Shown one piece after another: positions 50,420 to 62,889 of a DNA stretch of 64,000 nt. A program made the position numbers and the translations under genes. Below the pieces are notes generated by a model. That model made no database searches. It was given only the letters and a program-made list of their open reading frames with translations, and was not told where the DNA came from. The stretch covers positions 67,332,001-67,396,000 of the forward strand of contig CM052827.1 in the NCBI GenBank assembly GCA_028534125.1, in the 5' to 3' direction. Source of the stretch: Lama glama (lineage: Eukaryota). Every line of letters starts with the position of its first letter. Position 1 is the stretch's first letter.

Positions 50420-51010
50420 GGAGGTTCGGACTCTTACTGGCGCCGCGCCTGGTGCAGAAGCTCGCCCAGCCCAGGGCGCCCCCCACCGCCACCCCGCGCG
50501 CCCGCGCTGCGCCCTCCGACGGCGCTGCGTCCTGTCCGCCGCCGCCTGCCGCCGGCGCTTGGGCTGGCTTCTCCTCCTCTTCCTCAGAAACGCACCCTCG
50601 CGTGGAGCCCCGCCCGGCAGCGCCCGCTGTGCCGGAGTCTCCGTCCGCCAGTCCGGCCCGCCCGCCCCCCTGGTCAGGGCCGCCCCGCCCGCCCCGCTGC
50701 GGGGCCCTCGCGTTTGGCCGACGGGAAGCACCGGAAGGAGACGGGGCGAGGGAGGGGCCGCCGCCCAGGGCGGTCCGGGAGTCTCTTCAGCCAAAGGCAC
50801 GGCCTGGGGCTGGCACCCTCTGCGCCCAGCCCTCCCCACCCCGGTCGTGCAGCCTGGAACTCGCTGGCTCTGGAGTCCGGGCGTCTTCGGGGGGGCTTTC
50901 CCTCGTGGGTCTCCCCGGCCCCTCACCCTCACCCTTGGAAGCCGTCTCTTTCTTAGACTCTTCAAATAGTCCAGTCAGGCCTGCCGTCCGTTTCCCGCCG
51001 GGGCCTGACT
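50420..51010. promoter_or_regulatory. CpG island, probable promoter
   Basis: Highest CpG density in the window; tandem GC boxes (ccgccccgcccgccccg ~50680-50696), CCGGAAG 50731; donor-like sites face outward on both sides. Confidence 0.7.
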
Positions 51011-52816
51011 GGCACCGTTGGCAGAATGAAATTTAGCGTGCGCAGAGGTGAAAATAAAATAATGTGCATTTATTAAGCAGTTGTAAAAATGAACAAAGGC
51101 TGAGAAAAAATCTTGTTAGACATAAGGTACGTAAGAAAGCATTGAACTGTAGCAGACAAGCCGTGTCAGTAACACGGGTCTCCTGCGCCTCCTAACACGC
51201 GGGGCTCCCGTCTCTGCGCCACTGGTTCTCTGCTCCGCAGCTTCGAGGGCGCTGTTGTTGCCGGGGGGGGGGGGGAAGCTGAGCCCGGGCCACGTCTGGG
51301 TTTCCAGCTGGGAAGCCCAGGGGGGCGGGGGAAGGAAGCACCCGCCGCCTTAGAGAGCTGGTCAGACAGTGGCAGCCGTCACTCCGTCCCCGCGCCCTCG
51401 GCAGGGCTCAGCCACGGGGCGCCACGGAACTGCGCCAGGGCGCGCACCCGCGGTCCCCGGCCAGGCGGCCACGTGCCCGCTGGCCTAGACCACGGGCAAG
51501 GGGGGACAAATGCAGGTGGAAAGTGGCAAAGTCCACCCACCACTACAGAGACAACTGAAAGGCGGAGAGACAAGCCGAGGAAACAGTGTGTGCAGCCAAC
51601 ACGGAGGAAGGGGGTCGTCATCATGCCGTGGAGAAGTCCGCGGAGGAAATGAGAACAAACTGATGCACCAATGCAAATGGGCAAAGGCGTAAGCAAACAA
51701 TAGAATGTCCTCTAAGCGTGGAAAGCAGCACTGGTCATCACGAAGGAAACTTACGTGGAAAGAAAGGCTCTTGTCTGTCGGTCTGTCCAAAGCTTCGTGG
51801 TGGCCATCCCCGAGCCGGCAGCGCGCAGGGGCCCCTCTGGGGGAGTGTGGATCCCGGAGCCCTCTGCCCCGTGACTGCACCTGGTCCACGGACACCAAGA
51901 GCCTTAACCGCGCTCTGCGCTGGAGCCCTGAGCCCCTGCTGAGAATCTGCCCGCAGGAAGGAACCCAAGATGCAGTCACAGAGCTGTGTGCAGACGTGCT
52001 GGCTGTAGCGCAGTCGCAACACCCTGCGTGTCTGACAACAAGACGGTCATGCAAACTGCATGCAGGGAGAGCTCTGCTGCTGTCTCCTCGTCCCCCTCAC
52101 GTCTTACAGGCACCTGCCGTCCAGTCCCCGTCTGCGAAGTACTGGCTCAGAGAATACCCTGCGTTTCTTCATTCCTTACTTGCTTCTATCCCAGAGACAA
52201 ATAGCGCATCTATTTCCAGAGAGCATCTCGTCGAGGGGCCGTGTGCCACGCGGGCCGAGCTGGCGGGAAACACCCCCCTCCCCTCCCACGCTGAGGATGC
52301 TCGGGCAGGCCAGGCTTCCACCTCTGCCTCTCTGTCGCCGGTGTGACCTGTGTCAGAATCAAGGCCCGCACTGTCCCTGCTTCTCCACTCTCCACTAGCG
52401 GATTCATGGGGCAGGTCGAAAGCCTCCGTGCACGTGGCTAGTGACGCGTCATGGAGTTCACTGGGTAAATTCAGCCATGGGACGGGAGCACCCAGGACTA
52501 GGAGCTGGGTGCTCAGACCCAACTCTCCCTCTCCAAGCCGGCATCTCCAGGAAGCTCCGGGCTCTGGGAGTTGCGAGGTCTTCAGTAAGGCCGCCCGTTC
52601 CCTGCAGGGCTCCCCGCTGCTGCTTTCTGCTGTTTAAAACAAGGAGGGACCAGCGCCCTCGCCTCCAACACCAGGGGACGTCCGGGGGTGAAACGGTGTC
52701 TGTTTTGTTTGACAGTCATGTTTGTTTTGACAGGAAAATGCTATTAGGAAAAAGCAAGTCACTCCGACTTTCGTTTCAGCAACGTGGCAAGCCAAAAACT
52801 CCTTCCAGGAAAAGGC

Positions 52817-53316
52817 NNNNNNNNNNNNNNNNNNNNNNNNNNNNNNNNNNNNNNNNNNNNNNNNNNNNNNNNNNNNNNNNNNNNNNNNNNNNNNNNNNNN
52901 NNNNNNNNNNNNNNNNNNNNNNNNNNNNNNNNNNNNNNNNNNNNNNNNNNNNNNNNNNNNNNNNNNNNNNNNNNNNNNNNNNNNNNNNNNNNNNNNNNNN
53001 NNNNNNNNNNNNNNNNNNNNNNNNNNNNNNNNNNNNNNNNNNNNNNNNNNNNNNNNNNNNNNNNNNNNNNNNNNNNNNNNNNNNNNNNNNNNNNNNNNNN
53101 NNNNNNNNNNNNNNNNNNNNNNNNNNNNNNNNNNNNNNNNNNNNNNNNNNNNNNNNNNNNNNNNNNNNNNNNNNNNNNNNNNNNNNNNNNNNNNNNNNNN
53201 NNNNNNNNNNNNNNNNNNNNNNNNNNNNNNNNNNNNNNNNNNNNNNNNNNNNNNNNNNNNNNNNNNNNNNNNNNNNNNNNNNNNNNNNNNNNNNNNNNNN
53301 NNNNNNNNNNNNNNNN
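52817..53316. other. Assembly gap (500 N)
   Basis: Run of N. Confidence 1.
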
Positions 53317-53339
53317 CAGGTCTTGACGGACACAGGCAG

Positions 53340-54080
53340 CGCGCACCCGGTGAGGCTGGCGGCACACCCGTAACCGGCTGTCTGTAGACGAAGGGAGGGC
53401 AGGCTCAGGCCACACACGAGGTACGAGTTGTCGCAGAGACCCTCCCTCAAGAAGCTGGGGCCACGAAAGGCATCACTTTTGAGGGTCAACAGGGAAATTA
53501 TCTGCCGCCACCCGTAAGGAGGCTGTTAAGAAAGATTTCCAATCGTAGCCTTGGCTTGTAGGGAGGAGACAGAACCCTCTGTGACAATTTATAACCACAA
53601 GCTGGTCTTCACACAGATTTGGGGCTAGAATTCACGTGATGGCTCCAAATAGCTCAGTCACAAATTTGGTTCAAACTGTTTCCAGCATCTGGCAAAAATC
53701 ACATGCAAATCCTCTCAGGAGAATCATACCAAAGGCAAGTTCCAAGGATCACAGATCAGGAGCTCTCTCTCCCTCTCTCCCTCACACACACACACACACA
53801 CACACCCCGGAGGTATCCAGCCACTGTGAACAATTGCTCACAGAACAAAACTCAGGCAATTAGATTGCAAAGAGGGTGGATGCTCAAATGTTCAAAAGTA
53901 TAGGTTCAACATTTTTAAAGAAATAAAAGAAAGGAATAAAAACATGACTAGGGAATAAGAGACTGTGAAATACGAACAGGCAGACAGGTTAGAAAAAGAG
54001 AAACAGAACTTCTAGAAATTAAACCACAATGAATGCAATTAGAAACTTACTGAATGGATTAAAAAGCAGATGGGGCAGTC
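53340..54080 (+). mobile_element. HAL1/L1M5-like 5' UTR and ORF1 remnant containing a (CT)n(CA)n microsatellite
   Basis: aatttataaccacaagctggtcttcaca... and aaacagaacttctagaaattaaa...tgaatggattaaaaagcagatgg resemble L1/HAL1 ORF1; CA run ~53783-53803. Confidence 0.6.
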
Positions 54081-55619
54081 ATTCCCTTCTCAGGAATTTA
54101 CCACAAGGAAACAAATTAACAGAAGCAACACGTCTATCATAGACATGCTCACTGTGGCAATATCTGCCCAAAAAATGGGCATAATCTTTATAGTTAAAGA
54201 TACTAAATCTTTAATAATGCTTTTGTTAAATAAATATTTATTAAGCTTTTTAAAAAGCAAATAAGACATATTGGAAAGAATTAGTCAACTAGTCGGTTAG
54301 TCCACTGACTTGCGTTGATATCTTCTCGTAATACCCACAGTAGGTATTTTTATATTATGGTTTAGTATTTCATGTCTATGTAATTGGCCTCTGATCTTAA
54401 TTTCCAGCACTCTTACTTGTAAATTCACATTATTCTGACAGTAATCTCATGGGGTTTTACAGTAGCATTATTCCCTTAGCAGATGGTAAATTCCTTGAAA
54501 GCGGGGCCTGAAGTGTGTTTTTGTCTCCCACGAATAATCACATGCAACCAACAGGTATGATGTGTCTGTTGCTAAATACGGTGAAATCCACTCAGTGCTT
54601 CTCTAATTTGCAATGCATTTGAACAAAATATCAACTTTTTCTTTAAAAATCTTTCTCCAGCTTAAAAGTAGTTCTTTTTCACAAGTGATTTTGAAATCCC
54701 CAAACTGAAGTTTCTAGGAAGGAAACAACACGTGTAAAGACCACTTAATTGGGTGTCTGGAGACAGAGATCTGCCCTGACAAAGTCACTGGAATCTGGGC
54801 GAAGGAAGAGGTTTAGTTGAATTAGGTAAATATTGATGGAGTGTCTGCCAAGGGCCAGACATTATTTGCTAACATATATATGTTACGATCTCAGCAGTCT
54901 TTTGTGAAAATGTCCCAAAGTGTATCTTTGCTCGTGTAACACGACGCGGAGACGAATCAGCGTGCCGTGTTTTGTGTCAGGCACTGTGCCATTTACTTTA
55001 CATATACTTTTGTCCTCAATAGTTATCCAATTGTCCCAGCACTTACATGGCATTTCTCATAGCAATCTCTCCTGCAGGCAGTCGGGTGCCAGTGGGACAG
55101 CCCCCCACGTCTGCTCTGCCCCGAACGCCTCTGAACATCCGTGGTGGGAAGAGGGCTCTCAGGGAAGAGAAAGCGCACCCAGCCTTGCCCGCAGCCTGCA
55201 CGGGCGGGGATGGGGCAGACACACCTGCTCCCCACAGTGACAGTGCTGGGTACAGCTCAGCAGGGCGTCCAGCCAGGGTCTCAGCAGGACAGCAGGGGCC
55301 GCAGACCAGGCTCGGCCGCTGTGAGAGCCTGTGGGGCTCTGCCACCCTTGCCCACCCTCTGTTTTAACTTCATTTGTGGAAATCATCTCACGTAATTAGA
55401 GCTCTGCATGTCAACTGGCTGGAGAAACCCAAATAAGTTGAGAAAATAAAAGTGAGCACAGACTGAGGTGGCCAAGAACAGCCTGCAGCCCACACCAGGC
55501 CCGCGGCAGGCGTCCAGCTGGCTGACCTCGGACGCAGGGACAGAGCAACGAGGTCCAAGCGGGCACACCCCGCCTTCCCCAGGAACCAGGTAACAGCTTT
55601 AAAGCAAGTAGTAACAGCG

Positions 55620-55800
55620 GCAAACGCCTGTGTGGTGCTTCATTCACGACAGGCACCGTCTCACGTGTTTCCTCCATTTAACCCTTTCCGGTGAGCACCA
55701 CGGCTGCCCCGCTTTTCAGATGAGGACACAGCTGCTGAGATGGCAGGTGCGTGCGGCAGAGCCCGGGTTCAAGGCCAGGCGCCCAGTTCCAGGCCCCACC
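55620..55800 (-). mobile_element. MIR SINE (GC-shifted)
   Basis: ctccatttaaccctt...ccccgcttttcagatgaggacacag...gcagagcccgggttcaaggccagg. Confidence 0.7.
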
Positions 55801-58619
55801 TCGTGGCCGCGCGCCGCCAGCTCTCACCTGCGACCAGGCCTCTCAGCCCAGGGCGCACAGAGGGCACCGGGGCGAGATCCGCTCGTGCCCCCTGCACCCC
55901 GCGTCAGGGCGCGGCGCCCACGGTGAGGGCTCCTGGGGCCTTCAGTCTGCAAACCTTTCTCTCCTCACTCACACGGAACACCCAGGTAAGTGTGCCTCTT
56001 AGGAACCAGAGCTCAGTTTCTGCGTATGAAACAGGAAAGATGCTATGAAGACAGCGCTCACTAGACAGCTTCACAGCAGGCAGCGCTCCAGCGCCAGCCC
56101 CTCCGCCCTCACTCTGTGGTCTGTTCCCGGGTCGTCTCCCCCGAACCGGGGACCAAACCTCAAACGCTCCCTGTCTGGCTTTTCTTTAACCCCTAGCTCC
56201 GTGGTCAGGAACCCTTTGCGGCTCAGCAGGCTCGGTGGAAGACGTTCACCCTGCTTCCCTAGAAGCCCACGTCTCTTCTGCGAGCCCCTCTTCCTCATGC
56301 CCATTGCCCCGTGGTCCTTTAACCCCCTCCAGGGCACACACCGCTATTCCAGCCGCGTGACGTCCGTGGGTTCCAGCAGGAAGCGGCAGGAGAGCTCTCA
56401 AAGCGTAGGACATCTGCGAGCTTCTCTGCCGACGCGAGAGGACGCGGTAGCTGGGAGGGCCGGCCAGTCCGTGTGCGAGGTGCGTGTGGACATATCCAGC
56501 CAGAGGTGTGATTTGGGGAAGAAAGTGCGCCGTGTACACACGCAGGTGACAGAAGTCACTGAAGGGGCGTAAAGCAGGGAGTCCCCAGACTCTGCTGGGA
56601 AGTGGTCTGGGCCTGAGGGGCCCGGTGGCCGAGAGCCGGACCCTCTCTGCACCCTCCCCCCCTCCCCCTCCAAATCTCTTCTTCTTCAGTGATCAGAGTA
56701 GGGGTTCAGGACCAGATGCTCAGCGCCAAGAAGTAGAGGGACTCCTTCCCTCGCGTTCGTTCATCACTCAGAGCCGTCTCACCATGAGGGCTGAGTGTTG
56801 AAACTGACTCTCTTCTTAGGAAAAATCTATTTGGAAACAGATACCGGCTTCCGTCCACTAAGCTGAAGTTGGGCATCGTGCTGTTCCCTAACTCAGACCT
56901 GCTCATTCAAGCTACAACGCATTTCATTTTTAAGACACTGCTCAGTCTGCAGTCAATGAAAAGCACGTCTCACATGCAAACTCTCCTGACAGTGAAGCTG
57001 AAGGCACCGTGTGTCGCGGCAGAGAAATTAAGTTTCCTCCCCACGCTGCCGAGCTGCCTTCCCACGGAGAGCGATGCTGTGGGTCCCAAGCAATGTCTGA
57101 GATGTTCACCCACTTCCTCCGCTCACGGCTGTGATGGATTTCAAGCTAAGTGCTGCCTGTCTGTCTCATTCCATTGTCCTCAGAGGACTGTCAAGTTTGT
57201 TTTCAGAGGAAACTTTTCAAAGTTTGTAATAGGCCCCCGGAACAACAACAACAAAAACAATGGTGATGACCAGAAAGAGAAGCAAGGCGCACGAGCTCGG
57301 CGCCGGCACCCGTCCTCGGAGGTCGGGGAGGCGTGACGGGCGTGACTTCTGCCACTGTTGCCGCTCATGCGTTCGGCGATGACGGAGCAGAACCGAGGAA
57401 GTGCGTCCTGGGCGTTCTCGCTTCATGCACTTGGTGCTGCTGTTAGTCACTGCATTTAAGAGACAGCGGTCTGTTTACTCCTCCTGTTTCTTCACAGAGA
57501 AAATGTTACCTGTGGAAGAAGAATACTTGATGCTACAAATTATCCAGCTTGCTGGTCTCATTTCCCTTTTAGTATGCAATTATTTGTTTAGCTTCCCTTA
57601 GCAAATGAAATTTCAAGGGCATTTCAAGGAATATAAATACTGTAGAAAGGAATTAGAGCCCCGAAGAATTTTTCTTTCCTATTCTTCCTTTTTTTTGTAT
57701 TCAAGAACAGCCTTGAATCATGCATATGTATGAATCAACAAAACCAGGTTAGCTAAGAAATTGGAAATTGCACTCCACCAGAACGTTTGTCTTGCTCTGG
57801 AGAGCTTTGTCACGGATTTGAAGGACTGATAAAAAATCACCGGCATGACTGGAGCAGATGTTTTTATGGACTTGGGTTGTTAATAGTCTTTTTAGCTTCT
57901 CCTAAGGACTTAAGCAGATTCCCCACTTGTCCTCAATGCCTGAAATTCTGTTAACATTGTCCAGAATGTACACTTACAAGGTCTATTTAAAATGCCATAA
58001 ATTGAAATGGGGCTACTGGAGATTTTGACAAAGCAGAATCAGATTTAAAAGCAGCAAAAAGAGCTAGAAGCTAGATAGATAAATAGATCAATGGATAAAC
58101 AGAAGATACGGGTATATAAGCAAAGATAGATTTTAGACTGATCAACAATCTCATGAAATGGACCTAACACGAAAATAATTAGCTACCTGTCATTTTCCTC
58201 TTGAGGCGAGAGGTAGCGCCTTTCTCCAGCAGAATCACCAGGATCGCAGGAAGCACAGAGCAGAAAATACACTCAAAGTGCAGCTCCTGTGTTTACCTTG
58301 ATGGTGTTCCTGGAAGTGCTTCCCTAAGAATTCATAAGCCCCAACAAGCCACTCCCAGTGGAGGCCCAAACTGATCGATTTTGCAGAGACCAAAATAGGA
58401 AAGAAACAGCCGCTAACAAGCTTCCTGGTGCCCCGGGACGACTGTTTGTTGCCATGCTCTTAACATTCAGCTTTAGGCCATCTTGCCACCTGCTTCCTCA
58501 GTTCCTGGTGTTACCCATGATTTATTTTCCTCTCGTTAATAAGTGATGATGCAGGACAAGAGGCAGAATCAAGCCTGGTGGTTTTGGACAACGCTGCACA
58601 CGTTCTCCTCCCCCATTAA

Positions 58620-58835
58620 TCGCAAAGAGAGATGCTGGCTTCAAAGCCAGCTCCCCAGTCGGGAACTCTGCGAGCGTGAGCGAGCCTGTGGGGCCCTGAG
58701 CCGCAGTTCACTCCCCTGTAAAATCACGGTGTACATTCTCTGTCTCCAGATTGTTGTGAAGTAGGAACGAGTAGGTCACGTAAAAGTAGGTAAAATGGCA
58801 CGTGGCATGTGGCAAGCCACCAACAAATGGTGGTT
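58620..58835 (+). mobile_element. MIR SINE
   Basis: ggcttcaaagccagctcc...ctgagccgcagttcactcccctgtaaaat...ttgttgtgaag...tggcatgtggcaagc. Confidence 0.7.
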
Positions 58836-58839
58836 ACTT

Positions 58840-59050
58840 CCATTCATTTGTTCATTAACTCCACAAACACATTTCTGAGCTTCTCCCATGTATACATTCC
58901 GTGAAGCTATGAGGACAGAGGAAAGTAAGACAGGATGCTGACCTTTCAAACAGCTCCCAGTCCAGCAGAAGCAACAGACTGCAGACAAAAACCCACTGCC
59001 CACAACATGTAATCAAATGTGTCAAGAAAGGCACGTGTGTAACTGGGGTT
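58840..59050 (-). mobile_element. L2 LINE 3' fragment
   Basis: cattcatttgttcattaactccacaaacacatttctgagc...agctcccagtccagc. Confidence 0.6.
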
Positions 59051-60313
59051 TGAAAATAGGAAGAGCGGGGGAATGGGCAGAAGGCTACTTCAAGCAATGA
59101 TGGACGCATTTTCTTGAAGTTTGATGAAAATCACCAACACACAGAAGCAAGGGGACCTTCACCCAAGCCCGAGCCAGAAGGCACAGAGAAAATTGTCCCA
59201 AGACACATGCAGTCAGACAGCAGGAAAGACAAGAAAAGAGGAAATGGCACCATCACCCAGAGAAGAAGGACACGTCACAGGGGAACAACACCCAGGACGA
59301 TTCCTGACTTCTGGTCAGAAATGATCCAAACGGGGGACAGCGACTTACGTCATCAAATTGCTGAGAAACGTAAAAACCTTTCAACTTAGAATGTTTCAGA
59401 ACTGAGGGTGGAATAAAGTTGGTCGGATAAACTGAAGCGGAGAGAAGTCACGTCAGCAGGTTCACACTGCAAGAAATGTTGAAGTTCCTCGGGCTGAAAG
59501 GGAATAAACGCCAGAAGGAAACAGTGGTGGGAGGAAACGAAGAGCGCGGGAAATGGTAAAATTGAGGGGAAACGTAATAGACGACCGTCTCTCTCTAATT
59601 TCTTTAAAAGATAAAAATAAGGAAGTATCGTGGCCGTTAGTAACTAATAAAACATGTCGTACCTTGAACAACAGCTGTACGAGGAAGGGGCAGGTAGATG
59701 CACACACACTGTTGGAAGCCTCTTACCTTGAACACAATGTGGTGTAATATGGACTAAAGATGGACTGCGAGAGTTTACAGACACGTGTGAAATGCCTAGA
59801 GCATCCACTAAACAATAAGTAAACAGAAGAGTCGGATAGCTAACGTTAGTAGAGGATGACAAATGGAAAAATTAAAATACCAGTTAATCCGAAAGAAACC
59901 AGAGACACAGCAATGAAGAACAGAGGAAACAGGTAGAAAATAAACAGCACAATGGTAGATTTAAGTTCAGCAATGTGTGAACTGCGTTCAGTGCGAACGG
60001 ATACACACAGCAACGGAAAATCAGAGACTGTCAAATGGGGTAAAAGGGGGAAAAAGAGACAAATACAAGAAACAGCTGAAACGTAAAGACACGGAGGGTT
60101 GAAGGTAAAAGGACAGAAGACACACCCTGCAAACGGAAATGCAAAAGCTGGCGTGGCTGCATTAAAGTCAGACAAGACGGAGTTCAAAACAAGAGACATT
60201 TCTGGAAATAAAGGAAAATATTTGATAACGATAAATGAGTCAATGCATTAAAAGACATAACAATATTCTGTGAGTGTGGCCCTAATAACAGAGCTTCAGA
60301 AGACATGGCGTGA

Positions 60314-60363
60314 TTAACAAATAAGAATTAAAAAAATAATAACCTACAAAGGACAAAATAAAA
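60314..60363 (+). mobile_element. 50-bp A-rich retro-insertion with 14-bp TSD
   Basis: aagacatggcgtga (60300-60313) and aagacatggagtga (60364-60377) flank an A-rich insert. Confidence 0.75.
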
Positions 60364-60782
60364 AAGACATGGAGTGAAACCTGATGAACTAAAAGGAGGA
60401 ATAGATAAATACACACTTACACTTGGAGATTTCAGCACCCCTCTCTCAATAGCTGGCAGAACAAGTAGACAGAAAAGCAGTGTGGGCACGGGAGGCTCAA
60501 ATAACACTGTCAATCAGCCGGACCTAGGTGACATTGCTAGAATGCGCCACCTACACATAGAACATTCACCAAAATGAACCCATAAACCAAATCAAGTCTC
60601 TGTACTTCTGTTTCAAAGAAATGAAATTACACACAGTGTGCTTTCCTATGATAGTGAAACACCTGGCGGAGAAACAGCACTATAATTTTTCGTTTGAAAA
60701 CATTAATAAAATTGATAAGCTCCTAGAACCCCCCCCCCAAAAAAAGGAAAGAAAAGAAAAGAGCTAACAGGCTACAAAGAGA

Positions 60783-60942
60783 NNNNNNNNNNNNNNNNNN
60801 NNNNNNNNNNNNNNNNNNNNNNNNNNNNNNNNNNNNNNNNNNNNNNNNNNNNNNNNNNNNNNNNNNNNNNNNNNNNNNNNNNNNNNNNNNNNNNNNNNNN
60901 NNNNNNNNNNNNNNNNNNNNNNNNNNNNNNNNNNNNNNNNNN
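60783..60942. other. Assembly gap
   Basis: Run of N. Confidence 1.
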
Positions 60943-61266
60943 CCGGGAGGTGCGCAGCGGAGTTGAGGGCGGCGACACCACCCGCACGAGGCCGTGAGGG
61001 CGGCCACGGATCAGCACGCATTTCTCAAAACCCACTGTACAAACGTCCTGAAGACAGTGACCCGGCTGCAAAGTACGCACTTCAGCCAAGAGTGATGTAG
61101 CAATGCTGGCTCACCATTGTGACAGATCAGCGCCACTAACGCAAGGTGTTAGTAGTGGGGGGAAGCGGGGAAGGGAGTGTGTGCGGACTCTGCACTTACC
61201 GATGAATGTTTTGGTAGAATAAGCCTAACATCCCTCAGAAATGAAGTCTATTTTTCTTTAAAAAAC
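60943..61266 (+). mobile_element. L1MB/MC-like 3' UTR nested in the host L1
   Basis: tgtgacagatcagcgccactaacgcaaggtgttagtagtgggggg...actctgcactta...aaatgaagtctatttt. Confidence 0.6.
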
Positions 61267-61790
61267 GTAGAGATGAAACACAAACGGTATCATGAAAAAA
61301 GGAGATGCTATTACATGTTTAGAAGACAAGGAAACATTGTGAAACTTTTATGCCATTAAATTTGACAGCATACGTAAAATGGACACACTCCTTGAAAGAT
61401 ATAAACCCACTGAAGCTGAAACAAGAAGAAATCGAAAGAATGCATAGCCCTATGTCTGTTTAAAAACCAGGACTCGTAATTTAAACTGTCTCAGGTGGCT
61501 TTGCTTGTGCACCTTCTCAAAGAGTTCTAAAACAGACGTCACCTATCTTGCAACCTTCCGGAAAACAGAGAATGAAGGCGCGCTTTCTGGCTTGTTGCAT
61601 AGGGTCAGTGTGACTCTGGCCGTATTCGCTGACAAAGACGTTACAAGAAAGGGAAATTACACACCAATAATTCTAACAAAATACTAGTCAATTAAAACCA
61701 GTAATGTTTGCAAAGAGTAACACCACATGATCGAGTGGGGTTTGTCCCAGGAATTTGAAGTTAGTCCAGCACTCAGAGACTAATCAGCTC

Positions 61791-61956
61791 ATAGCACAGA
61801 GAGCTATATTAAATTTCTTGTAATGAGCTGTCATAGAAAAGAATCTGAAAAAATACACATGTATGTAAATGTATAATTAAATTGCTTTGCTGTACACGTG
61901 AAACTAACATTGTAAATCAACTACACTTCTATACGAATAAGAATTTAAAGAAAAAA
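61791..61956 (+). mobile_element. Cetartiodactyl-type L1 3' end nested in the host L1
   Basis: atagcacagagagctatatt...ctttgctgtacacgtgaaactaacattgtaaatcaactacacttc plus A-rich tail; actaatca / actaattca flanks. Confidence 0.85.
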
Positions 61957-62889
61957 CTAATTCAATTCGTCATATTAAGGGAAGAAAAACCAAATCATCA
62001 TCTCAACAGACACAAAAAAATTAACTTGACGTAACTCAGCATCAGCCAGCATAATCCGGCTCAGCAGCACGGTAGCCGGAAGGAGACTCCCAATCGGACA
62101 GAAGACGTCTATGAAAAACACACAGCCGCCTACCGGTGAGAGCTGCACGCTCCCCGCCTAAGATCCCCAGCAAGACAAGGGTGTCTGTCCTCACCGCCGC
62201 TGCTCCGCGTTGTGCAGGAGGTCCCAGCACGAGCAGCAGGACAGGAGGGAAGCAAGAGCACAGGGCTGGGCAAAGACATCAGACAGTGCTTGTTCACAAA
62301 CAGCATGACTGTGTGTGCAGAAAACCTTAAGGAAAACCCACACCACACATGGCCGCAGGGACCAGCGGGCTTGGCAAGTGTCAGCTTACAAGGTCAACAC
62401 GTAAATGGTCATTGAATTTTTGTACACTAGCAATGAAGAACTGAATTTGAAAAAGGGATATTAATAATAGCACCCGAAACACTAAATACAAATACTTACA
62501 TATAAATGACCAAAATATGTGCAAGACGTGGACATTGAAAATTATAAAACGTTGAGAGAAATGAAAGATAACCTAAATTAATAGAAAGATATACCACGTT
62601 CAAGGGTCAAACATTTTGATATTGTTAAGATATTGTTATAGGTTGAATTGTGACTCCCCAAAGTTCCTAAATTAAAACACGTGTCTACAAAAAGACTTGT
62701 GGAAGACTGTTCATGGCACCTTTGTTCACAGTGGCCCTAAACTGAGAACAGCTGTTAACCTTAGACGAGCAGGTGAGCGCACTGTGGCATGTTTATACAG
62801 TTGACACTACACCTCTGCACTAAACAAACGAATCTGAAATCCGTGCACTTAACTGCATGCAGATTGTGTCTCAAAAGTAAAATTTATCT

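Larger units (their letters stand above)
59070..62880 (+). mobile_element. Fragmented old LINE-1 (ORF1 C-terminus, ORF2 endonuclease and RT remnants, 3' pieces) with nested insertions
   Basis: 60374-60577 ELKGGIDKYTLTLGDFSTPLS..RTSRQK is the L1 endonuclease GDFNTPLS motif; ~62150-62330 RQGCLSSP..CLFTNSMTVCAENLK is RT [14 protein letters not shown] with the catalytic DD lost. Confidence 0.9.

Noticed and set aside
50169-51036. Overlapping 100-226 aa ORFs on both strands of the CpG island
   Set aside because: Pro/Ala/Arg/Gly-rich, mostly non-ATG starts, no recognisable domain; expected where stop codons are scarce in GC-rich DNA
52441-53489. Longest ORFs in the track (up to 310 aa), and similar ones at 13.7, 26.7, 45.3 and 60.7 kb
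   Set aside because: They are long only because they read through N gaps
59070-62880. Active or domesticated reverse transcriptase
   Set aside because: The catalytic FADD reads FTNS, with many stops, frameshifts, deletions and nested inserts
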